Assembly (NCBI GenBank): GCA_026397255.1
Contig: JAPLVF010000007.1
Span: 3,129 to 67,128, forward strand
Reading direction: 5' to 3'
Length of the DNA stretch: 64,000 nucleotides
DNA from: Candidatus Beckwithbacteria bacterium
Lineage (GTDB): Bacteria > Patescibacteriota > Microgenomatia > UBA1400 > CG1-02-47-37
Part shown: positions 1 through 10,696 of the stretch, one piece after another
Position numbering within the stretch: position 1 is the stretch's first letter
Layout: each line of letters opens with the position of its first letter
The notes under the pieces: model-generated
Database searches by the model: none
The model's input: the letters and a program-made list of their open reading frames with translations, nothing else
What the model was told of the DNA's origin: nothing
Program-made: the position numbers and the translations under genes

Positions 1-10
1 AATAAACAGG

Positions 11-940
11 TTAATAGTTAGTGGTTGAAGTGCGGTGATAGGGTTTGGCGGCAGGATAAGTTTGGCTTAAATGCCAGATTGCATTGTCGATAAGGCAGGG
101 CGGTTGCTGGAGTTTAAAAGCCAGCAGTTCTCCGACCCAAATTGTGGCGGCTCTGATTTCAATCTCTTCTTGAGAATTTTTGGGAATAAGAATAAGATTA
201 TCAATTTTTTTAGCTAAAGAGCGTTGATAGTTTAAGACACCGAAAGAACGGAGAATCTGGGGCAACTTATAGTCGGCGAAGACAGTTAATTGATCAAGAC
301 CAGATATTTTTACTTCAGGCAGTAAAGAAAGATCATAAGCACAAATTTGAGCCCTTTTATAGAAGCGGTCATTGAAGGAGGGGAAATGTTTAATAACCAA
401 CTGAATGATGTTGATGGCCTTAAAGTCAGCTTGTTGGAGAAGGTAATGAAAATCACCTTTAAATTTTGTTTTTAGGATAAAACCGGCCTGCTGAAGAAAT
501 TTAAGCCTGGTTTTAAAAAGAGGAATTTGAGTTTGATTAGCGCTTCTAAAAATGTGCCGGCCTTGTTTTAAGTCAAGATTAATTAAGAATTGGCAGTTTA
601 ATAAAGGGGTATTTTCGGCAAGAGCCCGGTCAAAAACAGCCACTAGAGCTTCCCAGCCGTCAACAGGTTTTCCTGAAGGAGATTCAACTGTCCATTTTTT
701 TTGATTTTTTTTAGCCCAAAAACAAAAATTAACAGTGTTCAGTAAGAAGACTTTTTGGCAAGTATTTTGCAGTCGTCCAAATTGAGTTTGACTCAAAAGT
801 TGTTTTTTGTGAATAGCTTGAGAGACTTGTTGACTAAATTTAGTGAGACTGGTTTGGTTAATAGATACCAACTGGGATTTTTTTACTACTTGAGAGGCAG
901 TTGACCTAATTTTAAACGGATCAGAAAGAAGTTGGTTCAT
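11..940 (-). CDS. Queuosine salvage family protein (DUF2419/Qng1-like), tentative
   Basis: 309 aa; NFCFW-containing motif recalled from DUF2419/C9orf64 family; size fits. Confidence 0.4.
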   Translation of the reverse strand: MNQLLSDPFKIRSTASQVVKKSQLVSINQTSLTKFSQQVSQAIHKKQLLSQTQFGRLQNTCQKVFLLNTVNFCFWAKKNQKKWTVESPSGKPVDGWEALVAVFDRALAENTPLLNCQFLINLDLKQGRHIFRSANQTQIPLFKTRLKFLQQAGFILKTKFKGDFHYLLQQADFKAINIIQLVIKHFPSFNDRFYKRAQICAYDLSLLPEVKISGLDQLTVFADYKLPQILRSFGVLNYQRSLAKKIDNLILIPKNSQEEIEIRAATIWVGELLAFKLQQPPCLIDNAIWHLSQTYPAAKPYHRTSTTNY

Positions 941-1025
941 CGAGTGATTATAACATCTGTGGTTTAGGTCGAGTTTAAAATTGGCAGTTGAAAAATAAAT
1001 AATTATTGTTTAAGATATAAACTCA

Positions 1026-1310
1026 ATGCGAAAATACACACTAGCCTTGGTCCTAACAGAGGAACGGGACTTGACTCAACTTCTCTTTAAGGTAAAAGGC
1101 AAAATTACTAATACTAAAATTTTGGGTTCCCGGCCATTAGCCTACCGGATTAAAAAAGCCAGCGAAGGCTGGTATGGTTTTTTTGAGGTGGAGTTGCCGG
1201 AAACCCAAGTAAAAGAATTAAATAAATTATTAAAAGAAGACGAAAAAGTTTTAAGATTTTTACTAGTTAAAAAGGAGGGGGCCAGTTATGTCCAGCCGCT
1301 CATTGAATAA
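1026..1310 (+). CDS. rpsF: 30S ribosomal protein S6
   Basis: 94 aa; S6-like sequence; followed by ssb and rpsR in the conserved operon. Confidence 0.8.
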   Translation: MRKYTLALVLTEERDLTQLLFKVKGKITNTKILGSRPLAYRIKKASEGWYGFFEVELPETQVKELNKLLKEDEKVLRFLLVKKEGASYVQPLIE

Positions 1311-1836
1311 AGTTTTGTTAATCGGGAATTTGACCCGAGATCCGGAATTAAGATATACACCACAAGGGACGCCGGTTTGCACGTTTGGTTTAGCGACCAA
1401 CCGCAGTTGGCAGCCGTCAGCCGGAGGGGAAAGACAAGAAGAAACGGAATTTCACCGGATTGTCGCCTGGAATAAACTAGCCGAATTGTGTTCAGAGTTA
1501 TTGTTTAAAGGCAGAAAAGTGTTTGTGGAGGGGAGAATTCAAACCCGAAACTGGACTGATGCCCAGGGACAAGAAAGAACAACCGTAGAAGTCGTGATTG
1601 ATAATATGATTGTGTTGGATAATAAACGAAAAGACGGTCAACCTGGCGAAGAAGGGGCGTATGAGCAGAAAGAATATGCGGCGGAAACACCTCAACCTTC
1701 AGTCGAACCTGCTCCTGCTGAGGAAGTTCCCACAGTGCCAGCCGAGGAAGAAAAGCCCAAGGCAAAAACTAAAAAAGTGGAGAAGAAAGAAGAGCCGGCG
1801 GAACCAAAAGTTAATCCGGACGATATTCCTTTTTAA
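1288..1836 (+). CDS. ssb: Single-stranded DNA-binding protein
   Basis: OB-fold N-terminus, acidic C-terminal tail ending DDIPF; SD aaggaggg upstream. Confidence 0.9.
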   Translation: MSSRSLNKVLLIGNLTRDPELRYTPQGTPVCTFGLATNRSWQPSAGGERQEETEFHRIVAWNKLAELCSELLFKGRKVFVEGRIQTRNWTDAQGQERTTVEVVIDNMIVLDNKRKDGQPGEEGAYEQKEYAAETPQPSVEPAPAEEVPTVPAEEEKPKAKTKKVEKKEEPAEPKVNPDDIPF

Positions 1837-1842
1837 ACTTTT

Positions 1843-2049
1843 ATGTTTAAAACCAAACAAAAATGCTATTTCTGTCAAAATAAAAAACTCCCTAATTATC
1901 TGGAATGGGAGATTTTGAAGAAATTTGTTTCTGACCGGGGTAAAATTTTGGCCGGGACAAAGACGGGTGTGTGCGCCAAACACCAACGCCGTCTGACAAA
2001 GTCGATTAAACAAGCGAGGCATTTGGCTTTACTGCCATTTGTGGGGTAA
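1843..2049 (+). CDS. rpsR: 30S ribosomal protein S18
   Basis: 68 aa, S18-like; operon context. Confidence 0.85.
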   Translation: MFKTKQKCYFCQNKKLPNYLEWEILKKFVSDRGKILAGTKTGVCAKHQRRLTKSIKQARHLALLPFVG

Positions 2050-3239
2050 TGAAATTAACTCTAAGACAATTACGTTTAGGAATCGTGGTTTTGAGTTTGA
2101 TGCTGATTTCCGGCGGGATCGGTTGGAAGCTAGGCCGGTTAGACAGAGTCAGCAACCCAAAAAACGTTGATTTAACTCTGTTTTGGCAAGTCTGGAATAA
2201 ATTGGACCAGAGTTACTTAATTAAGGATAAATTAAAGCCGCAGGAGATGGTTTGGGGAGCAATTAAAGGGATGACCAGCTCGTTAGGAGATCCTTACACG
2301 GTGTTTTTGCCGCCGGAGGACAACCAATCGAGTAAAGAGGATTTAAACGGGACATTTGAGGGAGTGGGAATTGAGCTCGGGTTTAAAGACAATACGTTGG
2401 CGGTGGTGGCGCCGCTTTCCGGGATGCCGGCGGAAGCGGCGGGAATAAGAGCCGGGGATTATATTTTGCATATTAAGGATGCCAATAAGGGGATTGATCG
2501 GGACACGACCGATTTATCTTTGCCGGAAGCGGTGAAGCTGATTCGGGGGACTAAAGGAACAGAAGTAAGTTTAACCATCCTGCACGCAGGGGATAAAGAT
2601 TCAAAAGTGATTACTTTGAGACGGGATACGATTGTGGTTAAAAGCGTTGAGTTGCAGTGGGCGGGAACGAACAAAGATATTGCTTGGCTGAAACTTTCCC
2701 GTTTCGGCGGTCAAACAGATAAGGAATGGTCAGATGCCGTGGATAAGATCGTAGCCAAAGGACAAATCAAAGGTATAATTTTGGATTTGAGAAATAATCC
2801 CGGCGGTTATCTCCAGGGAGCGGTGAATTATGCCAGTGAGTTTTTAAAACAGGGGTCGGTGGTGGTAAAACAAGCCGAGGCGAATGGGAAAGAAGAAACT
2901 TACAGCGTGATTGGGTCGGGTCGGTTGCTGACCCAACCATTGGCGGTGTTAGTGAACCAAGGCAGCGCTTCATCAGCGGAAATTCTGGCTGGGACCCTCA
3001 GGGATTACCAACGTGCCAAACTAATCGGCGAGAAAACTTTTGGCAAAGGGACAGTGCAGGAAGCGTTAGATTTGGGCGGTGGTGCCGGACTGCACGTAAC
3101 GACAGCCAAATGGTTATTACCAAAAGGGCAGTGGGTAAATGACACCAAAGGGTTGACGCCGGATGTGGAAATTGCCGATAATAAAGAGACAACTGAAGAC
3201 GAAGCATTAAATAAAGCAATTGAGCTTTTTAATTTATGA
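2049..3239 (+). CDS. ctpA: Carboxyl-terminal processing protease (S41 family, PDZ domain)
   Basis: N-terminal TM, PDZ region, S41 motif GSASSAEILAG...KTFGKGTVQ. Confidence 0.8.
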   Translation: MKLTLRQLRLGIVVLSLMLISGGIGWKLGRLDRVSNPKNVDLTLFWQVWNKLDQSYLIKDKLKPQEMVWGAIKGMTSSLGDPYTVFLPPEDNQSSKEDLNGTFEGVGIELGFKDNTLAVVAPLSGMPAEAAGIRAGDYILHIKDANKGIDRDTTDLSLPEAVKLIRGTKGTEVSLTILHAGDKDSKVITLRRDTIVVKSVELQWAGTNKDIAWLKLSRFGGQTDKEWSDAVDKIVAKGQIKGIILDLRNNPGGYLQGAVNYASEFLKQGSVVVKQAEANGKEETYSVIGSGRLLTQPLAVLVNQGSASSAEILAGTLRDYQRAKLIGEKTFGKGTVQEALDLGGGAGLHVTTAKWLLPKGQWVNDTKGLTPDVEIADNKETTEDEALNKAIELFNL

Positions 3240-3640
3240 AAGTGATTATTTTAAAAACAGGCGAAGTTAAAGAAGTGGCTTTAGGTTATGCGGTTAATTA
3301 TTTATTGCCGAAGAAATTGGCAGTGATAGCGACAAAACAGAAGTTGGAGGAGATAAAAAAGAAGACAGAAGAATTAAAATCGGCTAAGAACCAGGAAGAA
3401 ACCGCTGATCAACAGACAATGAAAAAACTGGAAGGGAAGGTAATAGAAATTAAGACACAGGCAGGGAAAAACGGCAAAATTCATGGCAGTATCACTAAAA
3501 AAGAAATTGCCAAAGAATTAAAAATATTAAAAACAAATATTATTTTAGAAGAACCGATTAAAAAAGTCGGCGAGTATGAGATAGAATTAAAATTTGGTAA
3601 GGCTAAAGGTAAAATAAAGTTAAAATTATCGGCTAAATGA
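3236..3640 (+). CDS. rplI: 50S ribosomal protein L9
   Basis: MKVIILK... L9 N-domain; follows rpsR operon. Confidence 0.75.
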   Translation: MKVIILKTGEVKEVALGYAVNYLLPKKLAVIATKQKLEEIKKKTEELKSAKNQEETADQQTMKKLEGKVIEIKTQAGKNGKIHGSITKKEIAKELKILKTNIILEEPIKKVGEYEIELKFGKAKGKIKLKLSAK

Positions 3641-4761
3641 AAAGAAGAGGATTAATTTTCGCTGCTACAATTATTGTGATTGTTGTTTCGGCTTTTGGGG
3701 GAGCCAAGCTTTGGCCAGCTAAAAAAGGCGTTCAGGATAAGACAATTTATCGGGAAGTTTTACAGGAAGAAAATGTGATTACTAAAGTGGTGGATAGCGT
3801 GACACCTTCGGTGGTAACGGTAGGAGTAAAAAAAACTCAAAAAATTATTAAATTTGACCCGTTCGGGCTTTTTAGCCAACAAGTGTCGCCGCAAATAAAT
3901 GAACAAAATATCGAACAAGATATTGGGTCAGGGTTTGTCATTTCCGCCAATGATGGTTTAGTAATTACCAACAAGCACGTGGTGGCCGATTTGCAGGCAG
4001 AATACAAGGTGATTACGGCTGATAACACGGAAATGCCGGCAGAAAAAATTTACCGCGATCCGGTAAACGATTTAGCAATCATAAAAGTGACGCCGCCGGC
4101 AGGAAAACAATTAAAAGAAGTTAAATTAGGTAATTCGGATACGCTCAAGGTTGGTCAGACAGCGATTGCTATCGGAACAGCTTTAGGGGAATTTAGGTCG
4201 ACGGTGACCACTGGGGTGATTTCCGGTTTAGGCAGAGGAATTAATGCCGGTTCGCCTTTAGACGGTGCCAGTGAGCGGTTGGATAACGTGATTCAAACCA
4301 GTGCGGCGATCAATCCGGGCAACTCCGGCGGGCCGCTTCTCAATTCTTCGGGTGAAGTGATCGGGGTGAACGCGGCAGTATCCCAGACGGGCCAAAATAT
4401 CGGTTTTGCTCTGCCGATTAATATTGTTAAGGCTGCCCTAGATAATTTTAATCAAACCGGCAAGTTTTCCCGGCCGTTTTTAGGAGTGAAATATCAAATG
4501 TTAGACCAAAAAACGGCGATCTTGAATAGTGTGCCGCAAGGGGCTTATGTCGTGGAAGTTGTAGCCGCTTCTCCAGCGGATAAAGCGGCTGTGAAGAGCG
4601 GGGATATTATCACCCAAATTGACGGGGTAAAATTAGATGACAAAACCGGCGTGACGGAAATAATGGCAAATAAACGGGTGGGTGATGAAATTAACTTAAA
4701 AATTTATCGAGACGGAAAAGAAATAATTATTAAAGCGACGCTTCAGGAAGCGGGGGAGTAA
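3637..4761 (+). CDS. htrA: HtrA/DegP-family trypsin-like serine protease with PDZ domain
   Basis: N-terminal TM; GNSGGPL catalytic Ser motif; C-terminal PDZ. Confidence 0.8.
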   Translation: MKRRGLIFAATIIVIVVSAFGGAKLWPAKKGVQDKTIYREVLQEENVITKVVDSVTPSVVTVGVKKTQKIIKFDPFGLFSQQVSPQINEQNIEQDIGSGFVISANDGLVITNKHVVADLQAEYKVITADNTEMPAEKIYRDPVNDLAIIKVTPPAGKQLKEVKLGNSDTLKVGQTAIAIGTALGEFRSTVTTGVISGLGRGINAGSPLDGASERLDNVIQTSAAINPGNSGGPLLNSSGEVIGVNAAVSQTGQNIGFALPINIVKAALDNFNQTGKFSRPFLGVKYQMLDQKTAILNSVPQGAYVVEVVAASPADKAAVKSGDIITQIDGVKLDDKTGVTEIMANKRVGDEINLKIYRDGKEIIIKATLQEAGE

Positions 4762-5652
4762 TTAGGTTAATTTTGAGGTTAAATCGTTAATTACAGGCAA
4801 CAAATTGCCTTCCATAATTCTATCCAGTTGTTTCCAGGATGTATTGATGCGGTGGTCGGTAACGCGATTTTGGGGGAAGTTATAAGTGCGGATTTTTTCC
4901 GAGCGGGAACCATGGCCGGCTAAATTTCTAGCTTGACCAATCGTGGCGGCGACTTTGTCTTTTTCCAGCTGATATAATTTTGAACGCAAGACGTCCAGGG
5001 CAATTTTGCGGTTTTGGTCCTGGAAGCGTTGAGTTTGGCAGGCAGTGATAATGCCGGTTGGTTTATGAGTAATTCTAACCGCAGTAGAGACTTTTTGAAC
5101 GTTTTGTCCGCCATGAGAAGAAGCATGAAAAAAAGTAATTTCAATGTCTTGAGGTTTAATAATTACATCAGTTTCTTTGACTTCCGGTAAAACCGCCACG
5201 GTGGCGGTAGAGGTATGAATTCGTCCCTGGGCTTCGGTAACCGGGACCCGCTGAACCCGATGGACGCCGGCTTCATATTGAAACAAAGAAAAGGCTCCGC
5301 CAGCTGGCGGATGGCCTTTTATTTTAATGACTCCGTCGTTAAGTTTAATTACTTCCAGTTTTTGGGAGTTGGCAAAGCGGGTATACATATTTTCCAAATC
5401 GCTGGCCCAAAGCTTGGCTTCTTCGCCGCCGGTACCGGGCCGGATTTCCAGAATCACATTACCCTGCGGCTGGTTAGTTTCGGCAACTTTTTTTTCAGGA
5501 GTTTGTGAAGCGAGTAAAGCTTGTTTCTGGGTCGTGAGATTGGTAATTTCCTCTTGGGCGAGTGGAGCCAATTGAGGATCAGAGAGCGATTCTTCTGCCT
5601 GTTGAATTAACTTATCGAGACGGTCTAACTCCAACTTCAAATAGTCGGTCAT
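4762..5652 (-). CDS. prfA: Peptide chain release factor 1 (short form)
   Basis: GGQ motif; PVT (PxT) tripeptide rather than SPF; RIHTS motif; 296 aa. Confidence 0.8.
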   Translation of the reverse strand: MTDYLKLELDRLDKLIQQAEESLSDPQLAPLAQEEITNLTTQKQALLASQTPEKKVAETNQPQGNVILEIRPGTGGEEAKLWASDLENMYTRFANSQKLEVIKLNDGVIKIKGHPPAGGAFSLFQYEAGVHRVQRVPVTEAQGRIHTSTATVAVLPEVKETDVIIKPQDIEITFFHASSHGGQNVQKVSTAVRITHKPTGIITACQTQRFQDQNRKIALDVLRSKLYQLEKDKVAATIGQARNLAGHGSRSEKIRTYNFPQNRVTDHRINTSWKQLDRIMEGNLLPVINDLTSKLT

Positions 5653-5951
5653 GACTTATTCTGGGCAAACATTTCTTTGAGGGTTTGCGGACCTTCATCA
5701 ACTTTTTCCTGTTTCTTTCTTTGGCTTTTTTTGACGTATTGTTTAGTTCGAGCCGCTTTTTGTCTAGCTTGAAATTTTTCCACCCGGCCCATGGTGTCCA
5801 CATATTTCATTTGACCAGTAAAAAACGGGTGGCAGGCGCTGCAGATTTCCACTTTAATTTCCGGCAAGGTCGAGCCGGTAGTAAAGGTAGTGCCGCAGGC
5901 GCAGGTAACTTTAGCGTTAGGATAATACTGAGGGTGAATGTTTGGCTTCAT
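5649..5951 (-). CDS. rpmE: 50S ribosomal protein L31 (Zn-ribbon type) with K-rich C-terminal extension
   Basis: [10 protein letters not shown]... CxC...CxxC; 4-nt overlap with prfA. Confidence 0.85.
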   Translation of the reverse strand: MKPNIHPQYYPNAKVTCACGTTFTTGSTLPEIKVEICSACHPFFTGQMKYVDTMGRVEKFQARQKAARTKQYVKKSQRKKQEKVDEGPQTLKEMFAQNKS

Positions 5952-6859
5952 GAGTTACGATTATAGCGTTTCGGCCGGAATTCGGCAAGACAAACACCCA
6001 AGATGATAATTATAATGGCTAGAATCATGATTGGCGAGACGATTTCACTTAAAAATAACCAGGCAACCGGGATAGCGATAATCCCCTGAAGGTAAGTAAA
6101 CAAGCTGGCTTCGGAAGCCTCGATCAAATTTTGGCCGAAAAGAAATAAAGTTAAAGCGATAATTGAGCCGAAAATCGCCATATAACCGGAAGCGATGGCT
6201 ACCGGCGCCAAACGCAACAGATTAATTGAGGTTGATTGGTGAAAAAGAGATAAGAAAATATAAAAAGTTACCAGGGCAATTGAATAACTAAAACTGGTAA
6301 CAAATAATTTAGGAATTGATTGGTAAAGTTTTTTTGCCAGTAAAACATAAATTGTATAAATAATGTTGTAGGCAATAATAAGCAGATTGCCGCTAAAAGA
6401 AAAGCTGGCTTGATGATTTTTCCCGGTAATGAGCGGTTCTAAGATAAGAATAATTGTTCCTAAAAAACTAATGATTAGTCCGAACCATTCATGTTTTTCC
6501 TCTTTTTCGTGAAGAAAAATAATGCCGCCTAAAACGACAAAAATCGGACCGCTAGCGCCGATAAATGAGGCTTCCAAAGACGAGGTGCGTTGCAGACCAA
6601 GATAAAGAATTGGTAATAACAACGGGGTGCCTAAAAATTCTAAGGCAAAAATTTTTAAGAGGGTTTTTCCGGTGAATTTGAGTTTGAAAAGATAGTAAAT
6701 AAAAATAGGCAGAGTTAAAGGAGCGGCGATTAAGTAGCGGAAGTATAAGAATTGGTAAGGAGAGATGAGGGAAAGGGAAGGTTTCACAATCGGTAAAGCC
6801 GCACCCCAGATAATGGACATGGTCAACAGAGCTAGGTAGGCCTTAACGCGTGAGGACAT
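5948..6859 (-). CDS. EamA/DMT-family membrane transporter
   Basis: ~10 predicted TM helices, duplicated 5-TM halves. Confidence 0.5.
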   Translation of the reverse strand: MSSRVKAYLALLTMSIIWGAALPIVKPSLSLISPYQFLYFRYLIAAPLTLPIFIYYLFKLKFTGKTLLKIFALEFLGTPLLLPILYLGLQRTSSLEASFIGASGPIFVVLGGIIFLHEKEEKHEWFGLIISFLGTIILILEPLITGKNHQASFSFSGNLLIIAYNIIYTIYVLLAKKLYQSIPKLFVTSFSYSIALVTFYIFLSLFHQSTSINLLRLAPVAIASGYMAIFGSIIALTLFLFGQNLIEASEASLFTYLQGIIAIPVAWLFLSEIVSPIMILAIIIIILGVCLAEFRPKRYNRNS

Positions 6860-8048
6860 CGATTGCCTGCTGTAAAGTAAATGTTTCCTGCTTGCCGGTC
6901 TTCATGTCTTTGAGGGTGACTAAATCTTTGGTCACTTCTTCGTCGCCAAGCACTAAAACATAAGGAATAGCTTTATCGTTGGCATATTTAAACTGTTTAG
7001 CTAGTTTAGCTTGGGAATCCGGGTAAATGTCGGTGTTAATCTTATTTTGGCGCAATTTTTGAGTAAGAGTTTGAGAATTGGTTAAATAATCAGGATTAAA
7101 AATGGTGACTAAAACTTTGGTTTTGGTAGTAATTTTGGGGAATAATTTTAATTCATCCATGGCCAAAATTGTCCGGTCAAAGCCGACGCTAAAACCAACA
7201 GCGGGAACTTGGCGGTTAGAAAATTTGGCGACTAAGCTGTCAAAGCGTTCGCAGCCAGCTAGAGAACCAGTGGTAAAATTTTCATCAATAATTTCCCAAA
7301 TCGTAGCGTTGGAATAGGAAAAAGAACGGGCCAGGGTGGGTTTAAACCGATAGTTATCTTTAAAGCCATAATTATCTAAATATTCAAAAATAGCTTTAAG
7401 ATTGGCATTAGGTTGGTTGTTTTTGACCTTCTCGAGAATGGTTGAGTCAAAGCCTTTTTGGGTGAGTTCTTTAATGACGCCTTCATCTCCGATTTTGTCC
7501 AGTTTATCGATGGCCACAATGGCCGGATAGGGAATATCTTTATAAAGATCGCGGTCGTTAATAATGGCGATTGGTTTGGTAAAACCTAAGTTTTTAAAAA
7601 TATCAATGGTTAAGGCGATGGTTTCGGCATCGGCCGTGCGGTTATCCACCCCAAAAATATCAGCATCGCACTGTAAAAACTCGCGGTAGCGGCCTTTTTG
7701 CGGTTTTTCCGAGCGCCAAACGGTTTGAATCTGGTAGCGTTTAAAGGGAAGAGAAATTTTGTCAGGGTATTGGGCAATGACGCGGCAGGTAGGGACAGTT
7801 TGGTCGTAACGCAAGGCCACTTTTCGGCCGCCTTGGTCAGTAAATTTAAAAAATAATTTTTCGTCTTCGCCGATTTGCCCCTCAAAAGTCTCCAAATATT
7901 CAACGGCCGGAGTTTCCAGAGGTTCAAAGCCGTACAATTCAAAAGTCCGCCGGATAATATCAATGGCGTATTGGCGTTTTAAGGCATCTTGGGGCAAAAA
8001 ATCCCGGAAGCCTTTGAGGGTTTGCGGTTTAATGAGTTTTGCTTTCAT
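6843..8048 (-). CDS. hisS: Histidyl-tRNA synthetase
   Basis: Class II motifs, HisRS N-terminus LKGFRDFLP; 401 aa. Confidence 0.9.
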   Translation of the reverse strand: MKAKLIKPQTLKGFRDFLPQDALKRQYAIDIIRRTFELYGFEPLETPAVEYLETFEGQIGEDEKLFFKFTDQGGRKVALRYDQTVPTCRVIAQYPDKISLPFKRYQIQTVWRSEKPQKGRYREFLQCDADIFGVDNRTADAETIALTIDIFKNLGFTKPIAIINDRDLYKDIPYPAIVAIDKLDKIGDEGVIKELTQKGFDSTILEKVKNNQPNANLKAIFEYLDNYGFKDNYRFKPTLARSFSYSNATIWEIIDENFTTGSLAGCERFDSLVAKFSNRQVPAVGFSVGFDRTILAMDELKLFPKITTKTKVLVTIFNPDYLTNSQTLTQKLRQNKINTDIYPDSQAKLAKQFKYANDKAIPYVLVLGDEEVTKDLVTLKDMKTGKQETFTLQQAIDVLTR

Positions 8049-8110
8049 ATTAAAAATTTAGAGTCCTTAATAATCATTTTATCATGTTAAGAGCTTCTTT
8101 TACATTTTAT

Positions 8111-9013
8111 TTATTTAAGGGCTGTGATTAAATGTTGATAAAATGCTTTTTTGTCTATTGCAGTTACTAGATTGATTAGGCTTTGAGAATTAAATTGGCC
8201 AATTGTTTGACCATCAGGAGTAATTGTGAGAATAATTTTTTTACTACTGGAAATAATTTTTGGATCAATTAAAATGGCTGCCGCTAAGGGATCATAAAAA
8301 TCAATAAAATCTCTGCGATTATTAATGATGATAGTTTTAATAATTTCCCCGGCGGCCGTTTGAGGCTTGGCCAAAACTACTTGTTTTAAAAACTGTTTAT
8401 CTTTGGCACGAGCTTGGTTGGTGGTGTCGGTAGCAATTAAAGTAATAGGCAAGCCTGAAGAGAAAACAATTTTTGCTGCGTTTGGATCTAAGGCAATGTT
8501 GTACTCGCATAAATAGTCGGGTGGAATGTTCCCTGACATAAAAATAGCTCCACCCATAATAATAATCTGTTTAACATTTTTTTTAATAATTGTTGAATTT
8601 TGTATTATTTTGGCAATGTTGGTTAAAGGACCAAGGCAGAGAATTGATATTGGTGATGTGGAAGAATTTAAAAATCTGAATAAATTTCTGTTTAAAGTTT
8701 TGACACAAATTTTTTTAAATGGACTTTTGGGTAGGGGAATGTCTTTGAGTAAGGTAAGATTATTGGCCCGTTGACGGTCAATTTTAGGGAAATCTAATTT
8801 CTGTTGAGGAGGGTTAAATCCTTGATAAATAGGTATGGTGGTTTCCCTCAACAAGGTTAAAAGACGAGCAAGGTTTTGAGTCCCAGTGGTAAGATCGGCA
8901 ACCCCTCTGACTGTACTAATTGTTTTAATATTTATATCTTTATTATTAAGGAGTAAAGCGATGGCAATAATGTCGTCTATTCCCATGTCAGTATCAATTA
9001 GAATATCTTTCAT
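8111..9013 (-). CDS. Nucleoside hydrolase (IU-NH family)
   Basis: N-terminal DTDMGIDD motif (DxDxxxDD). Confidence 0.8.
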   Translation of the reverse strand: MKDILIDTDMGIDDIIAIALLLNNKDINIKTISTVRGVADLTTGTQNLARLLTLLRETTIPIYQGFNPPQQKLDFPKIDRQRANNLTLLKDIPLPKSPFKKICVKTLNRNLFRFLNSSTSPISILCLGPLTNIAKIIQNSTIIKKNVKQIIIMGGAIFMSGNIPPDYLCEYNIALDPNAAKIVFSSGLPITLIATDTTNQARAKDKQFLKQVVLAKPQTAAGEIIKTIIINNRRDFIDFYDPLAAAILIDPKIISSSKKIILTITPDGQTIGQFNSQSLINLVTAIDKKAFYQHLITALK

Positions 9014-10554
9014 ATAAGTAACCTTTCAAAATCATTTGGACTTTGTACTAATAAAGTTTTACAGCCAAAAGCGGCAGCGGCAATAATATCAGTTATTTCT
9101 TGATCACCAACAGAAGTAATATTCTCTGGTCGATATCTTTCGCTTAGTATTTTAAATATTTCCTCTTTTTGAGTAAATGATTCTCCGGTATATATTGATT
9201 CAAAACAATCTGTTAAGCCTAAAAAGTTAATGACTTGTTCTTGCCAAACTTTGGCAGCAGTGGTTAATAAAATTAATTTTTTACCTGTTTTTGACAATTG
9301 TTTAACTGTTTCTGCTTGAGTTTGATAATTGGCGATTAAATTTTTTGGATTAATATTCCAGACAATATTAAAATAATCCTCCCTTGTTATTTCGTAACGT
9401 TGACTGAGAAAATTGCTTAGACCAATTGGATCTTTCAAACCTTGAGCCATAGTTATTTTGGCTGTTTCCGGCGAGCAATTTTCGGTGGTAATAATAAATT
9501 TTTGACAATTTTCCAAAACAGTTGCTTCAAGCCTTGAACTAGAATACCCGTTATTTTTTCCGTCTAGTTGGTAAAGAGTTCCATCCATGTCCAACACAAT
9601 TACTTCTCTTTGTTGTTCGGTTTTAATGGTTTCTATGCAGAGCTGTAAATATTCAATTACTTTATTATTTATACTGATTGAAATTGTTTTGTCTTGATTA
9701 GTTGGTAGAGGAAACCCGGATTTAACTAAATCTCTAAATTTAAAAGGCTTGCCTGTTATAGCTTCAAAATCAGATATAAGTGAAATAAAAGATTGGATCA
9801 TTTTCTGGCTGACAGTAAATAGTTGACCACTTTTATCGAGGCTAGCACCTTCACCTAAACTCCAGGGAAAAAGATAAGGAATAGCGGTTGTAACATTATT
9901 TTTACGGCTGGTTGCAAGTTGTTTGCCGCCGAACACACCGAAATCTCGAATATCGATCCATTCAAAAAGATTGGGAATGTCAGCTATAAATTCAATGGGA
10001 ATATTATCAAGTTGAGTGACCTGAGAATTGCCAAGAAAAGCAATAATTTTTTCCACTTGAGATTTTTTAACCCCAAATCGATAGAGTTTATCTATAACGA
10101 ATTGAGTCGTACCACCACTGAATAAGCCGTCATCAACAATAATAAGAGACCTATTTTCAATTGAAGCGGCGATTGATTGAAATTGTTGGTCAATTGGTAG
10201 ATTTCCTTGCCGGGAGTTTTTCCTGCCGTCGTTTGTTCGAGTAATGGCTAATCTTGCAAATTGATTAGGAAATCTAGATTCAAGATCTGTAAGAAGAAAA
10301 CGATCTAGACAAAGACAAACCTTTTGCGGATTTTGCTCTAATTCAGTTGACACTTTTGACCCTAATTTTGCCTGCATATCAGTTTCCATGTAGGTTTCAA
10401 TGTTTGGATAGGCTAGTGAAATAGCCTGGACTAGTTCACCAAAATATTGATCAATCCGATCATTGAATTGAATAGGATAATCCCTATCGAAAATACTAAA
10501 AATGCTTTTCGTATCTTGTGTGAGTACGTATGGTTGATAATTTTCAGAATTCAT
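9010..10554 (-). CDS. Fusion protein: type I phosphoribosyltransferase domain + HAD-superfamily hydrolase domain
   Basis: PRPP-binding motif LIIVDDGLFSGGT; C-terminal HAD motif I VLDMDGTL; 4-nt overlap with the nucleoside hydrolase gene. Confidence 0.5.
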   Translation of the reverse strand: MNSENYQPYVLTQDTKSIFSIFDRDYPIQFNDRIDQYFGELVQAISLAYPNIETYMETDMQAKLGSKVSTELEQNPQKVCLCLDRFLLTDLESRFPNQFARLAITRTNDGRKNSRQGNLPIDQQFQSIAASIENRSLIIVDDGLFSGGTTQFVIDKLYRFGVKKSQVEKIIAFLGNSQVTQLDNIPIEFIADIPNLFEWIDIRDFGVFGGKQLATSRKNNVTTAIPYLFPWSLGEGASLDKSGQLFTVSQKMIQSFISLISDFEAITGKPFKFRDLVKSGFPLPTNQDKTISISINNKVIEYLQLCIETIKTEQQREVIVLDMDGTLYQLDGKNNGYSSSRLEATVLENCQKFIITTENCSPETAKITMAQGLKDPIGLSNFLSQRYEITREDYFNIVWNINPKNLIANYQTQAETVKQLSKTGKKLILLTTAAKVWQEQVINFLGLTDCFESIYTGESFTQKEEIFKILSERYRPENITSVGDQEITDIIAAAAFGCKTLLVQSPNDFERLLI

Positions 10555-10584
10555 ATAATAAAAAACCCCGCTTAGTAGCGGGGG
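10555..10584 (-). terminator. Intrinsic terminator/attenuator hairpin (CCCCGC-TACTAA-GCGGGG + U-run) ending 5 nt before the ATG of the PRTase-HAD gene
   Basis: 6-bp GC stem plus U tract seen on the minus strand; upstream GGCGGGG could form an alternative antiterminator. Confidence 0.5.
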
Positions 10585-10696
10585 AGAACGAGTAATTTAA
10601 TTAACTAAACTACGGTTGAAGCCCCGCCATAAACGGGGAATGATGTTCAACTGATAAATTGTTTAATTTACTCATATATTAACGTGGTAACATGAT

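Noticed and set aside
4762-5652. RF2 with programmed +1 frameshift
   Set aside because: The protein has the RF1 PxT (PVT) tripeptide, not SPF, and is a continuous ORF.
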